The position numbers and the translations under genes are program-made. A DNA stretch of 58,530 nt from a virus (Duplodnaviria > Caudoviricetes), in the IMG/VR virus record IMGVR_UViG_3300015050_000977, positions 1 to 58,530 of that record; one strand, given 5' to 3'. A model generated the notes under the pieces. It saw only the letters and a list, made by a program, of their open reading frames with translations, was not told the DNA's origin and ran no database searches. Shown here in pieces: positions 1 through 8,334 of the stretch. Within the stretch, counting starts at the first letter, position 1, and every line of letters starts with the position of its first letter.

Positions 1-123
1 CTTCAATGCTCGACTTCATCGAGGCAAACGAAGCGTGGATTACATACGCCAGCGACCACGCCAAAACGGACAGGGCGTGGCGATGCCAAGTCGCCGAGCG
101 GCGATTCCCGTCGCCGGACATTC
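1..123. repeat. Terminal direct repeat (circular assembly overlap), copy 1
   Basis: Bases 1-123 are identical to 58408-58530, and an ORF reads in frame through the join. Confidence 0.95.
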
Positions 124-254
124 GTGAGCGAAGCGGGCGCCAAGGATACGGCAAGACCGCACGCAAGGCTATCGCCGAGGCAATGCGCGCGACGACAGTT
201 CCTTTCTTTGCGAACATTCCGAATCACCAACGCGCCGAGAGCGCAGAAGGGTAA
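1..254 (+). CDS. Cassette protein, 3' part; full ORF starts at ATG 58320 and crosses the origin (113 aa, MKTKLKKTPK...MLDFIEANEAW...)
   Basis: 58320-58407 plus 1-254 is 342 nt with an open frame; it starts in the loop of attC 58268-58399 and stops in the loop of attC 209-402. Confidence 0.75.
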   Translation, partial: SMLDFIEANEAWITYASDHAKTDRAWRCQVAERRFPSPDIRERSGRQGYGKTARKAIAEAMRATTVPFFANIPNHQRAESAEG

Positions 255-402
255 AAATGAAAAACCGAAAGAAAATCGAACTTGAAGAGACAGCGGGCGA
301 AAGAGAAATGCGTCTGAGCTGGAAAGCCGACGCGTGGAACGGACGCAGCACTCCCGAAAGCGCGGCTCAGTCCGGCGCGTTGGGTGTGGTCGGTTGTTCG
401 AG
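209..402 (-). repeat. attC-like site (cores TGCGAAC...GTTCGAG)
   Basis: Imperfect inverted repeat CAACGCGCCG/CGGCGCGTTG flanked by AAC and GTT cores. Confidence 0.85.
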
Positions 403-655
403 TCAGGCACCGAGCGCAATCAATCCAATAGACGAATGCGTGCGCCTCGGCACCCAACTGGCCCACCTCCGAAGCGCGCTAGAGGAGATTCAGAGAAGCG
501 CCGATGGCTCTCTAAACAACGACTTCCCCGAAGATGCTCCCGACACCCTGCAACACATCTCTGGAATCGTCGCTCGTGCTCTGGGCTCTGCGACTGAGCG
601 CCAGCCTGACTCGAACGATCCCGATCAGCCACGCGCAGAACGTAAAATCTTATGA
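257..655 (+). CDS. Cassette hypothetical protein (132 aa)
   Basis: ATG lies in the attC loop 2 nt after the upstream stop; its stop overlaps the next start (ATGA). Confidence 0.7.
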   Translation: MKNRKKIELEETAGEREMRLSWKADAWNGRSTPESAAQSGALGVVGCSSQAPSAINPIDECVRLGTQLAHLRSALEEIQRSADGSLNNDFPEDAPDTLQHISGIVARALGSATERQPDSNDPDQPRAERKIL

Positions 656-796
656 TCGAAGACATCGAACATTCGCCGCTCCCCGAGCGTAAAATCATGC
701 GGGCGATACTCGTCCCCGCCGATGGGTCGAGCGCAGAAGCCACATCGGAACCGCAGGCCCACTGTGCGCGTTGCTGCTGTGGCGGGTTGGTTCGGC
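610..796 (-). repeat. attC-like site (CTCGAAC...GTTCGGC)
   Basis: Arms GATCCCGATCAGCCACGCGCA / TGCGCGTTGCTGCTGTGGCGGGTTG. Confidence 0.85.
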
Positions 797-984
797 TCCG
801 CAGCCTCGGCCTCGTCTGCGTGGCTCAGTCGGGCATGGCTCTCGTCATGGCCGCTCTCGGCATCGTAGATCGCTGGACGGTCTATCCCGCCTGCTACTTC
901 TCTCTCACCACATTCGTCGGCGTGTGGCTCATGCGAGATAAGCCGAACGATGCACATCAGCCAACTCGGAGGCCCGACGCGTGA
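652..984 (+). CDS. Cassette hypothetical membrane protein (110 aa, about 2 hydrophobic segments)
   Basis: ATGA-coupled start; hydrophobic stretches in the C-terminal half. Confidence 0.65.
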   Translation: MIEDIEHSPLPERKIMRAILVPADGSSAEATSEPQAHCARCCCGGLVRLRSLGLVCVAQSGMALVMAALGIVDRWTVYPACYFSLTTFVGVWLMRDKPNDAHQPTRRPDA

Positions 985-1049
985 ACACCACTGATCGAAG
1001 CGACCGCTCAGGAGCATCGCCCGAGTTGGCTGTGGGTGCCGGGTTCGGC
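942..1049 (-). repeat. attC-like site (GCCGAAC...GTTCGGC)
   Basis: Perfect inner stem CAGCCAACTCGG/CCGAGTTGGCTG. Confidence 0.9.
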
Positions 1050-1337
1050 AAGGGTGAAATCTCCGCGCCGCTGCCGCTAGAATCATCGGAGACAAGGTCG
1101 GCGAACCACGTAAAAAGCGTGATGGAACAACTGAACCGGGCGCAGGCATTCGCGGGGAGTCCAAAAGCGCGGAAACTATACCGCGACGCCTATGAGATAA
1201 TTAAGGCGGCTCAAATCTCCGGCGGTTTTGTCTTTCCGAAGTCCCATGATTGCCGATTTCACCGAGACCTAACGAACAAGTGCGGGGTTTGCGGATCTTT
1301 TCCGCCGAACGAAAAAGCTCAGACACGCTCGCCATGA
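981..1337 (+). CDS. Cassette hypothetical protein (118 aa, C-terminal Cys/His cluster HDC...CGVC)
   Basis: GTGA-coupled start in the attC loop. Confidence 0.7.
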   Translation: MNTTDRSDRSGASPELAVGAGFGKGEISAPLPLESSETRSANHVKSVMEQLNRAQAFAGSPKARKLYRDAYEIIKAAQISGGFVFPKSHDCRFHRDLTNKCGVCGSFPPNEKAQTRSP

Positions 1338-1419
1338 ATCACCCTCTGCAACCGCTCGTAGGCAAGACGCCCGAACAACCTGCCGCTGGCGAGCGTTGTT
1401 CTGTGGCGCTGGGTTCGGC
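1304..1419 (-). repeat. attC-like site (GCCGAAC...GTTCGGC)
   Basis: Minus strand reads GCCGAAC-CCAGC-GCCACAGA...TCTGAGC-TTTTTC-GTTCGGC, the canonical R''-5-L''(8)...L'(7)-6-R' spacing. Confidence 0.9.
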
Positions 1420-1684
1420 GTGGGCCGCGCTCTGGACGAGCAAGAACAAACTCGACGGCCTAAAGAGACATCTCATCTACGAGAACGGAGTGCCCGCGCT
1501 TTTCTCGAAGCGCCGCTTCGCCCGAAATTTCATCCGCGCTCAATACGGCTACATCGCGACGCGCGCCGATCTTCGCGCTGAACCGCATGGCTGGCGGCTA
1601 CCCGTAGCGGTCAAAGTCACGGTTACTCTTTCTTCGCCGAACCATATAATATCACATCCCCATGAGAATTCACGGCAACCTTGA
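1334..1684 (+). CDS. Cassette hypothetical protein (116 aa, MNHPLQP...)
   Basis: ATG at 1334 overlaps the upstream TGA; preferred over the track start at 1250. Confidence 0.75.
   Translation: MNHPLQPLVGKTPEQPAAGERCSVALGSAWAALWTSKNKLDGLKRHLIYENGVPALFSKRRFARNFIRAQYGYIATRADLRAEPHGWRLPVAVKVTVTLSSPNHIISHPHENSRQP
1636..1660 (-). other. attI-like simple recombination site (half-site with no partner arm)
   Basis: Minus strand reads GGGATGTGATAT-TATATG-GTTCGGC. It is AT-rich, its core matches the previous site, and I found no complementary arm downstream. Confidence 0.6.
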
Positions 1685-1979
1685 CCGAGCAATATCCAAT
1701 CTGCGTGCCGGTCGCGAAGTATCCCGCCAATGTCGCCGCGCCTTCCTCGGCCCACCGCTCCGCGCTCCAGATGCCGGGACTTTGCTCAAAACCATCCGCG
1801 TCACAGACCACGTAAAAAATATCAGCTACGCCATCACAATTCACCAAGGCAACCGCCGCAATGGCATTGAACCACGCCTGTTCGGACAATCGTTCGTCAA
1901 ATCGCGCTACTGCGGTTTTGATCTGCTGTTTCGCGAACTGCGCAAACGGTGGTCATTGCGGTGGCTGGTCCTAAACTAA
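1662..1979 (+). CDS. Hypothetical basic protein (105 aa)
   Basis: ORF directly after the array, co-directional with the operon. Confidence 0.65.
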   Translation: MRIHGNLDRAISNLRAGREVSRQCRRAFLGPPLRAPDAGTLLKTIRVTDHVKNISYAITIHQGNRRNGIEPRLFGQSFVKSRYCGFDLLFRELRKRWSLRWLVLN

Positions 1980-2096
1980 ACATTACCCATGAGAGGCTTC
2001 CTCCTATTCTTCCAAATCATCACGCATCTGGTATTCTGGTGCGCTGTCGGCTACGTCGCCGTCCACTTCATCATTAAATTCTGGTAGCTGATTATT

Positions 2097-2342
2097 ATGA
2101 CCAAACCACCCATCACCGCCGCCGAACTAGACCCCGCATGGCCCGAAGCCGTGCGCTCCGCCACGCCCGCCGTCAAACTGCGCGCTGGCCACGGCCACAC
2201 GATTGAGGCGTGGTCCGAGGCGCGCAACAGGTATATGCCGCTCCAACTGCCCGGTGGCGGCATCGCGTTCACCACCGAGGCGGATCGCGACCTGGTGCTG
2301 GGGGCGATTATGGGGCTCAATATATTGCCTCCCGCTAAGTGA
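2097..2342 (+). CDS. Hypothetical protein (81 aa)
   Basis: ORF coupled (GTGA) to the helicase. Confidence 0.65.
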   Translation: MTKPPITAAELDPAWPEAVRSATPAVKLRAGHGHTIEAWSEARNRYMPLQLPGGGIAFTTEADRDLVLGAIMGLNILPPAK

Positions 2343-4072
2343 GCGCCCTCATCGACATTGACTGGGATGAGGCGCCCGTAGCGGTAGCAACGCCCCATCG
2401 CTTTGCGCTGCGCGGTAAACAGCCACAGTGGCTCGCAACGATCATCTCTGATTTTGCGACCAAATCGCGCCTACTTGTGGTAGCCCCAGGAGGCGTGGGC
2501 AAAACGACCCTCTTCGCCGCGCTCGCAGCCCACTACCACACGCTCGGCATCCGCACGCTGGTCTTGGAGAACCGCGACCGGCTCACGCGCCAGACTGCCG
2601 ACCGTATCCGCATTGAGACCGGCATCGAGGTGGACATTGAAATGGGCGACGAGCACGCCAGTCCGTTCGCGCCCATCGTGGTTGCTAGCGTGCAGACGCT
2701 GGGGCGTGTCAACCGCTTGACCGGCTTTTCGGATTCTCACTTTGGATTGATCGTCGCGGACGAATGCCACTTTTCGCTAGGGCCGCAATTCCAACGCGTC
2801 ATGTGCTATTTCCACTACGGCGCCCACAGCCTAGACCCGGACTGGAAGCGGCCCGAAGATGGCACCTACGAGGTCAAGGCTCGCTGCGCCGGATTCACAG
2901 CCACGCCAGACATCGGCGAGCGCAAGAACCTCGGTCAGTTCTTCCATCACCGCAGCGTCAATTACAGCTACCTAGAAGCCGTGCAGGACGGCTGGCTGGT
3001 CGGCCCGGTTCAGAAGAACATCCCGGTTCGCATCGACCTGTCCAAATACAAGGCCAAGTCCACACCCAACGGAAACGACTTCGCCGCGTCCGATTTGAGC
3101 GCGGCGCTCATCCCGATCATCGAGGAACTGGCCGAGCAAATCCTGATCCATGCCTCGGCCAAGAAGACCATCGCATTTCTGCCTAGCGTGGAGTGTGCCC
3201 GCATGATGACCGACGCTCTGTTGCGGCGCGGGATGCGAGCGATATTCGTGTCCGGCGAGTGTCTTGATGCGTCTGAGAAGACGGACGAGTTCGCCGCGCT
3301 CGGAGCAGGCTCGGTGTTGGTCAATTGCTGCCTCTACGTCTACGGCGTGGATTTCCCTGACGTGGACTGCATCGCGTGGTTCCGCGCTACCATTTCCAAG
3401 GCGTTCTACATCCAAGGAATCTACCGCGGCACTCGCGTATTACCCGGCATCCTGAATGGCCTAAAAACCGCAGAGGGACGTCGCGATGCCATCGCCTGCT
3501 CGCGCAAACCGTTCCTGACAATCCTTGACCCGCTGTTCGTGTCTGACCGCATTGACCTGCTAGATGCCTACGACCTGCTCACCGATGAGCCCGAGGTGAA
3601 GAAGGCCATGAAGGCGTCGGGTGAACTGAGCGTGGAGTCGGCGCAGAAGGCGGAGCGCGATTTTCTGAAGTCGCTAAAGAAGGAGGCGAAGAAGCATGAG
3701 CGGAAAGCGGCCCGCACGATTGACCCGCTCCAGTGGGCGGTATCGCTTGGCGACTCCATGATCAAGTCCTATGCGCCAACCGAGGCGTGGGAATCGCAGC
3801 CGGCGAGCGTCGGTCAACTAGACTTCATCCGCAATCAGGGCATGGAGATTGGCGGGATCACGTCGAAAGGACTGGCCTCGCGTATCATCAGCCGGCTGCG
3901 CGTGCGACAGGACAATAAATTGGCAACGCCTAAACAACTACGCCTCATGCACCAACTCGGCCTAGACGAGCAGACCTGCGCTACGCTGACCCAAGCCGAG
4001 GCCACCGCCACCATCGACCGCATCTTGCAGGGCAAGCGGGAGCGGGGTGGGCTGACGCCGGCCGTGGCGTAG
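2339..4072 (+). CDS. Superfamily 2 (DExH) DNA helicase
   Basis: Walker A PGGVGKT, DECH, FTAT, GVDFP and YIQGIYRGTR motifs. Confidence 0.92.
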   Translation: MSALIDIDWDEAPVAVATPHRFALRGKQPQWLATIISDFATKSRLLVVAPGGVGKTTLFAALAAHYHTLGIRTLVLENRDRLTRQTADRIRIETGIEVDIEMGDEHASPFAPIVVASVQTLGRVNRLTGFSDSHFGLIVADECHFSLGPQFQRVMCYFHYGAHSLDPDWKRPEDGTYEVKARCAGFTATPDIGERKNLGQFFHHRSVNYSYLEAVQDGWLVGPVQKNIPVRIDLSKYKAKSTPNGNDFAASDLSAALIPIIEELAEQILIHASAKKTIAFLPSVECARMMTDALLRRGMRAIFVSGECLDASEKTDEFAALGAGSVLVNCCLYVYGVDFPDVDCIAWFRATISKAFYIQGIYRGTRVLPGILNGLKTAEGRRDAIACSRKPFLTILDPLFVSDRIDLLDAYDLLTDEPEVKKAMKASGELSVESAQKAERDFLKSLKKEAKKHERKAARTIDPLQWAVSLGDSMIKSYAPTEAWESQPASVGQLDFIRNQGMEIGGITSKGLASRIISRLRVRQDNKLATPKQLRLMHQLGLDEQTCATLTQAEATATIDRILQGKRERGGLTPAVA

Positions 4073-4435
4073 TCACTTCAACGTCACCCGATCCAAAATC
4101 ACCTGTTGCCGGCGAATCAACTCCTGCTGATTCTCAATCATCTGCATGAGTCGGGTATCAATCTCGTCCTTCTTCGACCGCCACGTTGCGTAATCGCGCA
4201 ACACGTCCGACCTATCTTGCTTGATGGACGAAATCTCCCTTTGCGTCGTGGCGAGCGCAACGGTCGTGCTGTTGACCCAGACAGCTACGCCACCGAACGC
4301 CACGAGGCACGCCCAGAAGCCGCCCACCAATAGACGCGCCAGACCGAGCAGCGAATGCAGTCGGTCAATGTTCTTGGCCAGCTTGTCTAATTCTTCGGGA
4401 GGCATGTTGAGTAGGTAGTTATGTGCGGCCTCCAT
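4073..4435 (-). CDS. Membrane protein with coiled coil (possible lysis/holin-like)
   Basis: One transmembrane segment; located at the distal end of the late module. Confidence 0.55.
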   Translation of the reverse strand: MEAAHNYLLNMPPEELDKLAKNIDRLHSLLGLARLLVGGFWACLVAFGGVAVWVNSTTVALATTQREISSIKQDRSDVLRDYATWRSKKDEIDTRLMQMIENQQELIRRQQVILDRVTLK

Positions 4436-4516
4436 GCCGCAGATACTTAGGTATTTTTAGCTATTGGCAAAAAGGTATTTTACCCATAGTTTAAGTATTG
4501 GGCTACTGTTTAAACA

Positions 4517-5239
4517 TTAGCCGGCTCCCTTGTCGATGTCCGTCGCCATCTTGGCCGCTGTGTGAATCCGCGAGTGCAGCCACGGTGCCGTCACGCGCTC
4601 AATCGCCGAAATCGGATTCTCGCCCGCCCTGACGCCTGCCATGGCGGCACCGAGCGACGCAGGCGTAATTGAAAAGAATCTGGCATATAGCCACAGACCT
4701 CCAAGCAGCACACATACGCCGATAAGGATAGTGCTCTGGCGCTCTGATGCCAACTGCGCCGCCGCGGCCTCGGAAATAGCCACGTCAGCCGCCCTGCGTG
4801 CTGCCAGCGCCGCATCACGCTCGGTCTGCAACTGTGATGCGCGCTTGGCCTCCGCTTCGTAAAGTCGCGCCGCCTCCGTCAGCCGTCCCTCCATAACCGC
4901 CACACGCCGTTTCTCGGCCTCCAGTAGCGCCAGTGGGTCCGGCGTCGGCAACTTGGCAAGCGCGGTCGGCACCTCGCGGGCAATGAAATCCTTGGACGGG
5001 GACGCTGGCGCCATCGTGTTCGCCTCTCCGATCTTGGCGACCGATGCCGCCGCCGATGCGCCCTGCGCCGTCGTTGCCGCGTCCAGTGCGGCGGTCGCGG
5101 TTTTCGATGTCTCGGCCCGCTTGCTTGCGCCATCCAAGAACTTTGGCTTCAGCACGAACAGGCCACCGCCGATCACGGCGAGGACGATAAGGACGACGGT
5201 GAGGGCTTCAGCACGTTGGTTGGCGTTTGCGGATTTCAT
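4517..5239 (-). CDS. Membrane-anchored coiled-coil protein (possible spanin-like)
   Basis: N-terminal TM segment, Ala-rich coiled coil and a second TM segment. Confidence 0.55.
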   Translation of the reverse strand: MKSANANQRAEALTVVLIVLAVIGGGLFVLKPKFLDGASKRAETSKTATAALDAATTAQGASAAASVAKIGEANTMAPASPSKDFIAREVPTALAKLPTPDPLALLEAEKRRVAVMEGRLTEAARLYEAEAKRASQLQTERDAALAARRAADVAISEAAAAQLASERQSTILIGVCVLLGGLWLYARFFSITPASLGAAMAGVRAGENPISAIERVTAPWLHSRIHTAAKMATDIDKGAG

Positions 5240-8200
5240 TTCTTGTCGCGGCCGATCTCATTCATTATTCGCGCGTCTTGCAAGAGCAGGTAGGCGCGCT
5301 GCGGGGGTAGTTCGGCCAACCCTGCCGCAATGTCGTCACCGTTGCGGTTCAGCGCGTTCAGATAGCCGTCGTCCAGCAGCGCGGCGGAGGCTAGGTTGAA
5401 TCGCTTAGTGCGGATCATATTGATGCCTTGGCGCATCAGGCTTCCAAGCGAGCGGCCGGACTGGATGCTGCCAGATTGCCCGGTGCGCACGAACTCGGCA
5501 GCATTGACAACCTCGGGTGTCATCTTGGCCGAAATCATGGCCTCGCGGCTGGCGTCGTCCATCTTAGCCACGCCCATCGCAAACTTGCGCAACCTTTCAG
5601 CCTTTTCCGGGCCGATAGCAGCGGAGAGCTGGCTGAATCGGGTGTCCGTATCAGCGCCTGGAAGCGACTCAAAGAACGACCTTACTTTTGGCGTATCCAG
5701 ATTTACGATTTGACCCGGAACATTGCGCTCCGTGCGAATCATGCCCTGAAGTGCATTTGCAACCAACCGGCGCTCAACCATCTCAGCCAAGTCTGGCTTC
5801 TGGTCACGCAGCGCGTCCATGAACGAACGCGCCTCGGAGCGGCGCATGTTGGCTACGAGGTCCGTGACCGTGCCGGCGCCGTCGATCTTTTCGGCCTCGT
5901 TAGACAGCCGGTAGCCTCCCTTGCCTTTGAATACGCCCGTGAGCGGATTTTGCTCCGCCGCCTGCATTGCGGCCTGCGCAGCCTGAGCGTCAACGCCTGC
6001 GCGCTTGGCGAGCCCGTTGGCCTCCACGAAAGCCTCGCGAGCCTTTTGCATCAGCCCGGCCTCGCGCAGCGCCACGGCGTCATTGACGCGTTTCGTGAAC
6101 GCGACAGTGGCCATCGCTTTTGCAACCTGCGCAGGGGCGTCTTTTCCGCCCACGTTGAGCACCTGTTGAATCTGTGGCGACTCCATCACGGAGCGGATAG
6201 CGTCCGGCATCAGATCGTGCGGCTTGAACTCTTGCAGCGCCTTCGTCCAGCCCTTGATCGTGGGTGCGTCACCCATGCGGAACAGTTCGACCGGGAATGG
6301 GCTGTCTTTCTTGGCGGCGTAGCGCCCGACCAATTCACCCAGCTTGCGGTAGTCCACGCCGTAAGCATCGGTCGCTTTTTCGAGGAACGAATTGCGGACG
6401 GCGCTGCCCATGGTGGCCATGGCGGCATTCGCCACGTCCGGGTTCATCGGCTTGATCTGGTCAACGAAGGCTTTGAAGTTTTTGATTTCGTCCACATTGC
6501 CGGACGCCAACTTGTCAGCCATGCCTGCAACGGTGGAGTCGGCCACTTCGCCGCGTAGCAGCGCCCGGCCAAAGTCGGAGTCGCGCAGCTTGGACGTGTC
6601 TCTCCAGAACTGACGGAACTTCTGATACGGTTCCACCGCGTCGGGGAACAGGCGCCCGATTTCTTCAACGTGCGTGTCGGACATCGCGTGATACGTCTTG
6701 GCTGCAAGACGCTCCGCGTTGTTCATGTTGTTCGTGTCGATCTTGCCTTGGAAGCCATCGCTGATGGCGTCGCGCAGACGGCGGAAGTCATCGAGGGTTA
6801 GGAACTTTTCCTCCGGCGCGGCGACGGCCGATGCGGATTGCATAGGCTGGCCTGCTACAAGCTTACCGCCAACCGTTTTTATGCCCCCGGGGAACGCGGC
6901 ATTAAATTGAGCCGGGGTCATTTCGGTTCCGGCTAATTGCGCCTTGCGCGCCATCTGCTCCAGCGAAAGCTGCTTGGTCGCTGTTGCGTCGGCGACAGTT
7001 TTGCTTCCCCAATTCTTGATCGTCTCAAGGATGGACTTGCCTGCCACAAGCTCCGCGTCCGAGCCTAGCGCGGCCTTTGCGGCGTTGTAGAGCGCGTCCT
7101 GCCCGATGATAGCGGCATTGTCAGGAATGCCCGTAGCAGCCAGCATTTCGCCTGCCGCCTGCGACCGCGCGCCGAACAGCTTTTTGGTAATGTCCTGCAC
7201 AGCCTCCGCGTGCCCAGTCTGCGTGCCAATGGTGTCGGCGCCAACGGTCAGTGCAATACTGGCCTTGGCTTGGTCGGAGATGGCCCGCATGGTCTCGGCC
7301 TGCGCACCAGCAATAACATCGGCGCGCGTCTTAGGGTCGAGATTGGTCGCCGCCTTGGCTTTGGTCACCATCGCCTGCGCTTCCTCCATGCGCTGTGCCG
7401 CCATTTTATAGGCAGCATCAAGTTCATCCACCTTGCCAAGAATCGGCTGCAACTGCGCCGCAATCTGCTCGTTCTGCGGAGCATCGGTCGCCGTCGCAAA
7501 AATAGCCTTGGCCATCGGCGCACGAGCCGCGTCCTGTTTTGCGCGCATGGTCGGATCAATACTGACCACCTTCTGCTGCATCGCGCCGTAACGCTTCGGA
7601 AGCACGTCGCCCAGCATCGGGTCAGCCATGCCCAGTTCTTCCGCTGCCCGACGGCCCGCGTCGGCCTCAGCCTGGACCTTCTGCATGGATTGCAGCTTGC
7701 CGCCCACGCCGAGCGCGGCGGAACCAATGATCGCCGGAACGATGGCGTCCTTGAGCGAGGTTTTGTATTCGTCCCAATTGGGCGTAAGTGACTGCTCCTC
7801 GATGGATCGCTCCAGCGCATTGCCGACCGCAACGGTGGCACCGGCCGCGCCCGCGCCCTTGGCGATGTTGCCGACCGTCGATGCGCCGGGAAGCGGATTC
7901 GGCGCGCCCGAAAAGAACATCGTCTGCGCGAGCTTCGACAGCTTCGGCGTCTCGCCGTTGTTCACCGCATCCAAAAGATACGCGCCGCCGCCGACCATCG
8001 CGCGGGTCGCCATCGGGATTGCTCCAAAGCCAGGGACGGCCATCGGTGACGCGGCCATGCCGACGCGCCCCATCGTGACCATTTGCTTGTCGAGGCGATT
8101 AGCCATCTCGTCGGGCGTCCCAAATGGGCTCTTGAAAGCGGGTGGCGCATCTGAGCGCTGAACACTGGCAAGTGATGCGGAAGGGTCATGCGCGGGAGCC

Positions 8201-8316
8201 GCCGTGGTCTGCGCCCGCATCTCGCGAATGGCGTCAGCCAATGCCTGCGCTGATGCCGTGTCGCCCGCGGCGTCAGCCTGCGCAAGTGAGTCTTCCAGTT
8301 GTGCGATGGTGGGCAT
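5236..8316 (-). CDS. Large internal virion / DNA ejection protein (1026 aa)
   Basis: Ala-rich helical protein in the last structural-gene position typical of podoviral ejection proteins. Confidence 0.65.
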   Translation of the reverse strand: MPTIAQLEDSLAQADAAGDTASAQALADAIREMRAQTTAAPAHDPSASLASVQRSDAPPAFKSPFGTPDEMANRLDKQMVTMGRVGMAASPMAVPGFGAIPMATRAMVGGGAYLLDAVNNGETPKLSKLAQTMFFSGAPNPLPGASTVGNIAKGAGAAGATVAVGNALERSIEEQSLTPNWDEYKTSLKDAIVPAIIGSAALGVGGKLQSMQKVQAEADAGRRAAEELGMADPMLGDVLPKRYGAMQQKVVSIDPTMRAKQDAARAPMAKAIFATATDAPQNEQIAAQLQPILGKVDELDAAYKMAAQRMEEAQAMVTKAKAATNLDPKTRADVIAGAQAETMRAISDQAKASIALTVGADTIGTQTGHAEAVQDITKKLFGARSQAAGEMLAATGIPDNAAIIGQDALYNAAKAALGSDAELVAGKSILETIKNWGSKTVADATATKQLSLEQMARKAQLAGTEMTPAQFNAAFPGGIKTVGGKLVAGQPMQSASAVAAPEEKFLTLDDFRRLRDAISDGFQGKIDTNNMNNAERLAAKTYHAMSDTHVEEIGRLFPDAVEPYQKFRQFWRDTSKLRDSDFGRALLRGEVADSTVAGMADKLASGNVDEIKNFKAFVDQIKPMNPDVANAAMATMGSAVRNSFLEKATDAYGVDYRKLGELVGRYAAKKDSPFPVELFRMGDAPTIKGWTKALQEFKPHDLMPDAIRSVMESPQIQQVLNVGGKDAPAQVAKAMATVAFTKRVNDAVALREAGLMQKAREAFVEANGLAKRAGVDAQAAQAAMQAAEQNPLTGVFKGKGGYRLSNEAEKIDGAGTVTDLVANMRRSEARSFMDALRDQKPDLAEMVERRLVANALQGMIRTERNVPGQIVNLDTPKVRSFFESLPGADTDTRFSQLSAAIGPEKAERLRKFAMGVAKMDDASREAMISAKMTPEVVNAAEFVRTGQSGSIQSGRSLGSLMRQGINMIRTKRFNLASAALLDDGYLNALNRNGDDIAAGLAELPPQRAYLLLQDARIMNEIGRDKK

Positions 8317-8334
8317 GGTGCGTGATTGGCGCGA

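Larger units (their letters stand above)
1..1660 (-). mobile_element. Integron-like gene-cassette array, right part (continues from 56094 across the circular junction)
   Basis: Four attC-type hairpins (209-402, 610-796, 942-1049, 1304-1419) plus a terminal half-site at 1636-1660, separating short coupled ORFs. Confidence 0.88.

Noticed and set aside
3-1164. Minus-strand ORFs 3..419, 420..743 and 625..1164 (and 56295..56882, 56756..57373) as the canonical-orientation cassette genes
   Set aside because: They cross cassette boundaries and look like shadow frames; the plus-strand ORFs are tightly coupled and co-directional with the operon.
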